From Nitrospinales bacterium (GTDB taxonomy: Bacteria > Nitrospinota > Nitrospinia > Nitrospinales > JAJDAT01), in NCBI GenBank assembly GCA_038154245.1, contig JAYOZP010000002.1:50928-114927 (forward strand): a stretch of DNA of 64,000 nt, read 5' to 3'. A model generated the notes under the pieces. It saw only the letters and a program-made list of their open reading frames with translations, did no database searches and was not told the DNA's origin. Made by a program: the position numbers and the translations under genes. Each line of letters starts with the position of its first letter. Positions within the stretch are counted from its first letter, which is position 1. This document shows positions 56,689 to 64,000 of the stretch, one piece after another.

Positions 56689-56698
56689 ATTAATCTCC

Positions 56699-57292
56699 TC
56701 AATTGGGAAGTCCCAATTTTAAAAGTTCAGAACTAATCCATAATCCACCCTGTTCAACGGCTTTTCGATTGATTTGGAAACGGATTTTATTTTTTTTTCC
56801 TCCTTTAATTACAAAATTAATGCCAGCCCCTTGGTAGGTTAATCCATTTTCTTCTGTAACGACTAGAACAGGGGCTCTACCTATAATTTTTAATAGAGAC
56901 TTAAGAAAACTTCCGTATGGTTTTGGTATGAATAAAATGTGGCATTTCTTAAGATTATCGCTAGGGGGATTTTCTTTTATGATTAAATCTCCTCCCTTAA
57001 ACTTTCTTTTTTGGGCTAAGTTATTAAGAATATTACCAAAAGGATTTTCTCCAAAAAGGCATAGATTGAATCTCCCTTTATCCTTAATTTTTGATTTTTC
57101 TTCTGGCCAGTCGATAAACTTTGTAAAACTATAAAGAAAACCTGCTTTAACCACGTATTCGCTAAAGTCTTCGTTTTCAGCTAGAGCTGAAACTGGGACA
57201 ATTAGGAATAATACGGTTGTTAATACCGCAACAAATACTTTTTTGACTTTAGCGCCGTAAAGAAAACGTATATTTATTGGGTTTTGATCCAT
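56699..57292 (-). CDS. YfiR/DUF4154-family periplasmic protein
   Basis: 197 aa with a signal peptide. VKAGFLYSFTKFIDWPE is the DUF4154 hallmark. Ends 10 nt upstream of the kinase. Confidence 0.7.
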   Translation of the reverse strand: MDQNPINIRFLYGAKVKKVFVAVLTTVLFLIVPVSALAENEDFSEYVVKAGFLYSFTKFIDWPEEKSKIKDKGRFNLCLFGENPFGNILNNLAQKRKFKGGDLIIKENPPSDNLKKCHILFIPKPYGSFLKSLLKIIGRAPVLVVTEENGLTYQGAGINFVIKGGKKNKIRFQINRKAVEQGGLWISSELLKLGLPN

Positions 57293-57998
57293 TGAGAAAA
57301 TTACGAAGATCCACGAGAGTTAATTTTGTGTTTTTAAAGCGCTTCTCAGATCTTGCATAGGAAAATTAACAAGAACTCCGTTTACTTCAGGCGTTAAAAT
57401 TATTTGCGTCAACCAAGGTATTTATTGATACCGTATTTTGTAAGATAAAAATTTCTGGTTACAGATAAATTTTAGAATGGTAACCTTGATAAAATATTCT
57501 TTAACCGATTAATAGTTTAGTCTAATTTGAGCAAATTCTTTAATAAATCAAGCAAGCTAATGAAGCTTATTTTTAAGCTTTTAGCGATTATTTTTAATAG
57601 TTACTTTTTAGTTAATTTAAAAAAATTCTCACTAAATTTTGTTTTTACTAACTTTGCGCAAAGTCTTTCAAATTGACGTTTCACAGGCAGAAGCTTTTTA
57701 GCCTCCGAATTGCCAACGAAAACCAGAAAGTCAAAAAGCTTTAACTTGTTAATAAAAAAAGATTTATTTTTTGAAAAACTAAAAAGTCTAGATTTTGTGA
57801 AGATTCTCCAAAATAAAATATGAAGTTTACAAATGGCAAAATTTGAGCTCAGTTCTTCACAGTAATGTAAAGGTTTTAAAATTAAATGAATAAAAATTAT
57901 TGTGAAATTGCTAACAAATTGATTTCGTTACAGTAAAATTTTTTTTGAAGAACTGATAGTTTTAAAAGCTATAAAATATCGGAGAGAGAGTTTTTTTG

Positions 57999-60146
57999 TT
58001 ATTCTCTTCGGATGACCAAACCTTCTAAGCAAAGAGAAAACGCAGCCATTAATAAAAGCGGAATAGTTAAAGGAGTAGCGGTCGGATTGGTAGGTCTTTC
58101 TAGATCATTGTAATTTTTGATTAACGATAGATTTGTCGAGGGTAGTAATGTTTTGATTTCATTTTCGGTAATATTTTTCGATTGTGATTCTCGCGAATCG
58201 ATATTAACTGAAAAAGTTCCGACCAACTCTGCCTCAGGCGGCAGACTGGGATAGTTTGTGGAAGTTTGCTGAGGCGAATCATCCGTAGATTGTGGATTTG
58301 AAAAAATTCGATAAACTCCAGGCCGAAAAGTATTCAAAAATTTGTTTTCAGAGTTTTTAAAATAGTGTGTTTTGTTATCAGGAGATTTTATCCAGTAGTT
58401 TTGATCTAGGTTACCTTTCCAAGAAAAAGGAGCTCCTGGTAATAAGTTCCCTTGAGAAAATGTATTAAGACCATGTGCGGCATATTTAACCCACCTTTGA
58501 ATCCAAGGCAAAAAAGTGGGCTGAATTGGAAAATCATTCCAATCGCGGTCTGTCGTCGAAACAAATAAAATAACTTTTCCTTTCCCGAATTGAGTTTCAA
58601 CTACGGCAATTGTTCCATCAGAAAACCGAAGTGGAATGTTGAAATCTGCATCAACGCGCGGTTCCACCTTGAAGAATGAATTAAATCTAATGGTTTCCAT
58701 TTCTTGTATTATTTTTTCTTCAAATCCATCAAATACGGGGTGGTCTGAAGTTTTAAAAGATAGTTTAAACTCGTCTGTTGGGGCAATAGCTTGATTGATA
58801 TTTTGTATAACGACCGGAATTAGATTTCCTAATTTTTCATTGTAGAATTTGGGGTCTACTTGATCTCCAAGAGAAATAAATAGGGAGCCACCTGCGTTTA
58901 CAAATCGTTCTAACTCGTATTCGTAACCAGGAGGTAATTCTCGAACGTTACATAAAAAAATAACCGAGAAATTTTGTAATTCCCTTGAAGGTAATTCTTC
59001 TAAAGTGGAAACTGCGGGTTCGATATCGGAGTGCGATCCATAAAATGGATTTAAAGCGCGTTCCAAGTAAAATGTTTCACTTTGAGTTGCGACAGTTTTA
59101 GGGTCTCCATCTACTGCTAATACAGGGATTTTTCGATTTGGTCTATATGCGAAAAAGCTTCTGTTATCGGCTGTTAAAGCGTCGTCTTCTAGTTCAACAA
59201 AACCAATGGCGGGTTCGATTCCGAATTGTGGAAATGAGAATTCTTTAATTGCGGTTGAATTTGAGTCAATATGAACGGTACTTTCCGATATAACTTTTTC
59301 GTTAACATGTAATCCTACCGAAAGTTTTTCAACCGATTTTTTTTCAGAAAGATTGGCGATTTCTGCTTTTACTCTCACAAATTTAGAATTTGTTAAATAT
59401 TCTTGTCGGGTTTCTAAATTGTTGATAGCGGCTTGGTTAATGCCTTTTCTTAAAGAATTTAAATCAAATACTGTGGTCAATACAGAATTTAACCTGTCGC
59501 CGACATCAGAAAATTTAGAATCTTCCCAAGCGTTTTTATCGCCATCTGTAATAACGTATATTCGCTTTTCTTTAAATTTAGAAGATTCTAGAGCCTCTAT
59601 GGCTGTGGAAAAGGACGAACCAATGTCTGCGTTTAAAAATGAAGGTTCCGTGAATTTTAATTTTTTTAAAAGGTTTTTGGGATTGTCTCCGCTTCCTTCG
59701 ACAAGTTTATTAGGAGCTGAAGTAAGTATGAGATAAACAGAGCTTCCGTCTGCGAGTTCATTAATGGTTCGAGAGGCTAAGGTTTTAGCGTTATTAAATA
59801 TGTTAGCGTTCGCTGATTTCCATCCCATACTATAAGAGTCGTCCAAAATTATTGCGTTAGCTGAAGGAGTAATAGATAAAGAAGGATTTGAGGTTCCTAA
59901 AGAATATAATGGATGGGCTAAACCTAAGCTGAGGAAAGCGATAGCTAAACAACGCAATAGCAGAAGAAGAAATTTATTGGGTTGCGATCTTTTGATTGAA
60001 CGCTTTTGCGATTGCATTAATAAATAAACGGCTGAAAATTTGATATGCGTTTGCTGACGTCTCGTTAGCAGATGGATTAATACCGGTATAGAAATGCCAA
60101 GTAATCCAAACAAAAAAACTGGAGACGAAAAATTAAGAGCCATCAA
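57999..60146 (-). CDS. BatA-type membrane protein (N-terminal double-TM domain plus vWA-like domain)
   Basis: 715 aa. PVFLFGLLGISIPVLIHLLTRRQ matches the BatA N-terminal double-TM signature. AIILDDSYSMG is a MIDAS-like DxSxS. A C-terminal TM helix is present. Confidence 0.6.
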   Translation of the reverse strand: MMALNFSSPVFLFGLLGISIPVLIHLLTRRQQTHIKFSAVYLLMQSQKRSIKRSQPNKFLLLLLRCLAIAFLSLGLAHPLYSLGTSNPSLSITPSANAIILDDSYSMGWKSANANIFNNAKTLASRTINELADGSSVYLILTSAPNKLVEGSGDNPKNLLKKLKFTEPSFLNADIGSSFSTAIEALESSKFKEKRIYVITDGDKNAWEDSKFSDVGDRLNSVLTTVFDLNSLRKGINQAAINNLETRQEYLTNSKFVRVKAEIANLSEKKSVEKLSVGLHVNEKVISESTVHIDSNSTAIKEFSFPQFGIEPAIGFVELEDDALTADNRSFFAYRPNRKIPVLAVDGDPKTVATQSETFYLERALNPFYGSHSDIEPAVSTLEELPSRELQNFSVIFLCNVRELPPGYEYELERFVNAGGSLFISLGDQVDPKFYNEKLGNLIPVVIQNINQAIAPTDEFKLSFKTSDHPVFDGFEEKIIQEMETIRFNSFFKVEPRVDADFNIPLRFSDGTIAVVETQFGKGKVILFVSTTDRDWNDFPIQPTFLPWIQRWVKYAAHGLNTFSQGNLLPGAPFSWKGNLDQNYWIKSPDNKTHYFKNSENKFLNTFRPGVYRIFSNPQSTDDSPQQTSTNYPSLPPEAELVGTFSVNIDSRESQSKNITENEIKTLLPSTNLSLIKNYNDLERPTNPTATPLTIPLLLMAAFSLCLEGLVIRRE

Positions 60147-60179
60147 TTAGCCTCAAAAAGATTAGGATAAAGCTTGTTT

Positions 60180-61100
60180 TTAAGATCGCCATTTTTGGAG
60201 ACTTTTTCTTTTCAGTAAATAGTAATTTAAGCCTTGGTCTAAGGATTGGGAAGTATCCAAAAAAACGTAATCTATACCTAACGATTGAAAGCTATTTTTG
60301 TAGAAATCAATTTTTTCCATTAATAGAGTCTGATAGGCATCGCGAATATCATATGGATCTAAACCTACTGCAAGGTCGTCTTCTAAAGATTCGAATACGA
60401 CATCGCCTTCAAATGGTAGATTTAATTCGTCGGGATGTAGAATATGAAATATGATTGTTTCCAATCCGCGAGATGATAGCAACTTTAAACTTTTAATTAA
60501 ATCGTCGTCTCTGGCAAAAAAATCTGAAATTACGATAGCCATCCCACGCCCAGGGATTCTCTCTGAAAGCGAATCAATTACTTCGCCAAAACGAGTAATA
60601 CCGGAAGGAGCCAGGTTTTCTAAGTCATGAATGATATGTTGAAAATGCGAAGGTTTTGATCGCGGAGGGATGTGAGATATTGTTTTATCGTTAAATGTTG
60701 TTAATCCGACCGCGTCAAATTGGTTCAAAATTAAATATGATAAAGCTCCTGCCAAGGTTCGAGCGTATTCTATTTTATTGAGCGCCGACTCTTTTTTATT
60801 GGGCGACTCATAGGCCATAGAACCGCTACCGTCTAATAAAATTGTACATTTTAAGTTAGTCGATTGTTCGAATTGTTTAACGTGGTATTTATCTGTTTTA
60901 CCGACAGCTTTCCAATCTATATGCCGGATATCGTCGCCTGGCGAGTAAGTTTTATATTCCGCAAATTCTACGCTTGAACCTTTATGTGGACTTTTGTGTT
61001 GTCCTGATAGAAACCCTTCCACCAAGGTTCTTGCCCTAATTTTGAGAGAAGATGTTTTAGATAAGATTTCAGGGTCTATACTGGAACTTGCTTTAGCCAT
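60180..61100 (-). CDS. DUF58 (vWA-like) protein
   Basis: 306 aa. EFAEYKTYSPGDDIRHIDWKAVGKTDKYHVKQFE is the DUF58 hallmark. Confidence 0.85.
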   Translation of the reverse strand: MAKASSSIDPEILSKTSSLKIRARTLVEGFLSGQHKSPHKGSSVEFAEYKTYSPGDDIRHIDWKAVGKTDKYHVKQFEQSTNLKCTILLDGSGSMAYESPNKKESALNKIEYARTLAGALSYLILNQFDAVGLTTFNDKTISHIPPRSKPSHFQHIIHDLENLAPSGITRFGEVIDSLSERIPGRGMAIVISDFFARDDDLIKSLKLLSSRGLETIIFHILHPDELNLPFEGDVVFESLEDDLAVGLDPYDIRDAYQTLLMEKIDFYKNSFQSLGIDYVFLDTSQSLDQGLNYYLLKRKSLQKWRS

Positions 61101-61253
61101 TAAAAAATTACTCGTAGGTTTTTTAAATTTGTGAAGTAATGTTTAATTATATCAAAAACTTTAACGGAGTTTTTTCTTTAGGGATAGAAATTTAAGAAGC
61201 TAAGCGTTTTTGAAAAATCTAACGGATATAAGGAAAGATTTAATAAAATAAAA

Positions 61254-62183
61254 TCATCGTTTCCGAGCGATAGTATTTTTTGTTTCAATAGCCTGGATCG
61301 ACTCTTTTTCGCGTTTGCTTAGTTTTTGATAAATTTCTAAGAGAGCTCTATGAATGGCGGGATTGTTTTGATCTAAATCTAGAGCTGTCCAAAATCTAAT
61401 AGCGGCTTTATTGAAATAGCCATTTTGTTTATATAAATCTCCCAGTTGGACCCAAATTTCAGGTCGATCTGGTTGTAATAAGGAAATCCTTTCGTATAAA
61501 GCGATTGCTTCCATAGCGTTTTCGCGTCGTTTTTCTTCTTTTGCGAGTTCTTCTAAGTAGGTTGGTTCTTTTGGGTTTAATTCAGCCGCTCGTTTTAAAT
61601 GAATTTGGGCTTTATCAAAGGCATTTTGTTTAATAAAGAATTTTCCTAATCGATAATGAGTTGGTTCATGTTTTTCATCAATATTTAAAGCTTTTTTATA
61701 GAATTTTTCGGACTCTGCGGTTTTGCCTAAGCGTTCTAAATATTCTCCTAAAACGCTTGCTGGGTTTGGGTTATCGTTATCGGCCTCAACAGCAATTCGC
61801 AATTGGCTTAATGCTTCTTCAGTTTTTCCCTGTTCCATGTATATAGCGGCAAGATTAATTCTACTGGCTGCGTCTTCACGCGTCGCTAAAACTTTTTTAT
61901 ACAACTCTTCTGCCTTAAGCGTTTTTCCTTGGTCTTGGTAAGCGACCGCAAGGTTATACGATGCAAAATGATCTTCGGGGTGAGATATTAGCGCTAGCTT
62001 ATACTGTTCTATTGCCTTGCTATATTCTCCTTGGTCATAGTAATCAACGCCGCGATTGAAATGGCTCTCAATTGGAGCCGGAATAACAACGCATGCGGAA
62101 AATAATAAAGATATCAAAAATATTAATAAAAACCGTAAGGCGTATAAGAAACTTATTTTTTGAAATTTTTTAAGCGTGTGCAT
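61254..62183 (-). CDS. TPR-repeat lipoprotein
   Basis: 309 aa with lipobox LFSAC and 6-7 TPR units. Its start overlaps the mlaD stop (TAATG). Confidence 0.7.
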   Translation of the reverse strand: MHTLKKFQKISFLYALRFLLIFLISLLFSACVVIPAPIESHFNRGVDYYDQGEYSKAIEQYKLALISHPEDHFASYNLAVAYQDQGKTLKAEELYKKVLATREDAASRINLAAIYMEQGKTEEALSQLRIAVEADNDNPNPASVLGEYLERLGKTAESEKFYKKALNIDEKHEPTHYRLGKFFIKQNAFDKAQIHLKRAAELNPKEPTYLEELAKEEKRRENAMEAIALYERISLLQPDRPEIWVQLGDLYKQNGYFNKAAIRFWTALDLDQNNPAIHRALLEIYQKLSKREKESIQAIETKNTIARKR

Positions 62184-63307
62184 TAAGGTTCAGGAGTTTT
62201 ATCTAATCTTTTCATTCGTAAATTTTTTGTCAAAGATGCGGTATGAGCTTCGTTTTCTTTTGTGACTGGAGCTTCATCAGATTTTCTAACTAGTTTCCAA
62301 GGATTGCGTTCCAAGTCTGCAGATAAGTCTTTTAAGTTTTCGGAAGTTTCTCGCAAGTTGCGAACTAATAAAAGTAGATTACGCCGATTTTCTACTATAA
62401 CGGAGTTTCCTTGCCGCAATGTATCGTCCATTTCTCCTGCAACTAAATCGATGGAGGAAGTCACTTTTCTTGCCCCTTCGTCCATATTATTTACTAAAGA
62501 TCTTAAACCGGGTTTAACCTCGGTTACTAAAACTTCCATGTCTCTAGAAAGGTGTTGCATTTGATCAATTATATCAACAATTGACGCAGATTTTTCTGTC
62601 AATAGTCTATCGGCTTCTGCTGTTACAGACGAGAAGTGGTACATCCCACTATCAATATTTTTCCTGTTTTCTGATATTATTTCATTTATTTCATTTGAAA
62701 TACGCGATAGGTTCGTTAGATTTGTCGCAAGGCCGCTTTTGTTTTCAGAAATAAGTTGGTCGAAGTTTTTTAGAGAAGCTTGAGCTGTTTGTAGCGTATT
62801 TTTTGTTGCGTCAACCAAGCTTTCAGTAAGATCGGTAAATCTATGTACTTCCCGTACGATATCCGAGACCATATCGCCGACTTTGGCAAACTCAAAAGAC
62901 TCCTGACCCATAAGGTGGTCGCTAGGTTTTAATATTGGAGCCTCTTTGGAACCAGGTCTTATATCTATATAAAATCCGCCCATTAAACCAGACGTTTTGA
63001 TGGATGCGGAGGAATCGGTTTTTACGGTTATATTAGGAGTTATTTCTGTCAAAACCGAAACACGTTCTTGACCGCCATCTGGCGCCTCTAGGAGTTTAAT
63101 GTGTTTTACTCTTCCAATTTCCAATCCAGCATAGGTAACGGGAGCGCCAAGATCTAGCCCGCCGGCAAATCCGAAAAATATTTTTAGCTCTTTTTTAGGT
63201 TGAAAATAATCTTTAATGTCTCCGAGAACAAAAATAGAGGCAAACAACCCTAGAAAGCCAAAGAAGATAAACATCCCTGCTTTTATTTCTGAAGATTTAT
63301 ATTCCAT
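62183..63307 (-). CDS. mlaD: MCE-domain protein (MlaD-like) with long coiled-coil C-terminus
   Basis: 374 aa with an N-terminal TM helix. MCE core GAPVTYAGLEIGRVKHIKL. Confidence 0.75.
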   Translation of the reverse strand: MEYKSSEIKAGMFIFFGFLGLFASIFVLGDIKDYFQPKKELKIFFGFAGGLDLGAPVTYAGLEIGRVKHIKLLEAPDGGQERVSVLTEITPNITVKTDSSASIKTSGLMGGFYIDIRPGSKEAPILKPSDHLMGQESFEFAKVGDMVSDIVREVHRFTDLTESLVDATKNTLQTAQASLKNFDQLISENKSGLATNLTNLSRISNEINEIISENRKNIDSGMYHFSSVTAEADRLLTEKSASIVDIIDQMQHLSRDMEVLVTEVKPGLRSLVNNMDEGARKVTSSIDLVAGEMDDTLRQGNSVIVENRRNLLLLVRNLRETSENLKDLSADLERNPWKLVRKSDEAPVTKENEAHTASLTKNLRMKRLDKTPEP

Positions 63308-63368
63308 ATAAAATTAAAATATTTGAATCGGAAAATTCCTCAACTATAAGGGATAATTATTATAAGAA

Positions 63369-64000
63369 TTAATTGTAAAAAGTCATTTCTTTTAATTCCT
63401 CTCCATAATCTCTTTGAGATTTACTAAAAGGAATCGGGCCGTCTGGGAGTCCGTTAATAAATTGAACGACCCGCGGGTCGTCGCTATTTTTTATTTCTTC
63501 AGGAGTGCCTGAAGAAATAATTTCGCCTTTAAATAACATGATTATTTTGTCCGCAATTCGAAAAGCGCTTGCTAATTCATGGGTTACTACGATAGAGGTG
63601 ATTCCCATCTTATTACTAAGATCCTTTATTAGTTGATCAATGACTCCTATTGAAATTGGATCTAGTCCAGCGGACGGCTCGTCGTAAAATACGATTTTAG
63701 GATCAAGAGAAATGGCCCTGGCTAGAGAAATCCGTTTAAGCATACCTCCGCTAATTTGAGACGGTCTTAAATGTTCGGCTCCCCGTAAACCTACCATTTC
63801 TAGTTTCATTTTTACCATTATTTTTATGGTACTTTCATTCAAACCTGTATGTTCTCGCAATGGTAGCGCGACATTTTCTTCGACGGTCATCGAATTAAAA
63901 AGAGCGCCGCTCTGAAACATGATTCCGTATTTTTTACGAACCTTATTCATTTGCTCGCGGTTCATACCGACGATGTTTTCACCATCGACTTCAATTTCGC
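63369..64000 (-). CDS. mlaF: ABC transporter ATP-binding protein (MlaF-like), 3' part; gene runs off the right edge
   Basis: Signature ISGGMLKR, Walker B VFYDEPSAGLD. The frame stays open upstream of the track's Met to position 64000 (...EIEVDGENIVGMNREQ...). Confidence 0.8.
   Translation of the reverse strand, partial: EIEVDGENIVGMNREQMNKVRKKYGIMFQSGALFNSMTVEENVALPLREHTGLNESTIKIMVKMKLEMVGLRGAEHLRPSQISGGMLKRISLARAISLDPKIVFYDEPSAGLDPISIGVIDQLIKDLSNKMGITSIVVTHELASAFRIADKIIMLFKGEIISSGTPEEIKNSDDPRVVQFINGLPDGPIPFSKSQRDYGEELKEMTFYN

Overview
AT-rich bacterial chromosomal window with diderm hallmarks: Mla MCE/ABC genes, an MsbA-like exporter, many lipobox lipoproteins and Bat/vWA genes. About 55 protein-coding genes are supportable. 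I saw no rRNA, tRNA or CRISPR array. Housekeeping genes (rnhB, recJ, uvrC, purB, purC) are interleaved with dense signalling genes: three REC-HD-GYP proteins, a CheA-REC hybrid, two further histidine kinases, an HDOD protein and a YfiR-like protein. There are also several accessory pockets. (1) A higBA toxin-antitoxin cassette is bounded by 65-bp direct repeats that duplicate the 5' end of the adjacent MBL-fold gene. (2) A ~106-nt inverted-repeat element (MITE/REP-like, foldable as RNA) occurs in four same-orientation copies. (3) Two near-identical copies of that element bracket a 5.7-kb segment next to a tyrosine recombinase. The segment holds a PspA/IM30 module with a J-domain protein and a TIR-ARC-TPR protein that lacks the P-loop NTPase core. 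This is my best candidate for an uncharacterised stress/defence island. (4) A sensor kinase is split by a single in-frame TAA. (5) A B12-binding MerR (CarH-like) regulator lies divergent from a CbiX-like chelatase. All functional calls rest on motif recognition by eye, not on database searches.
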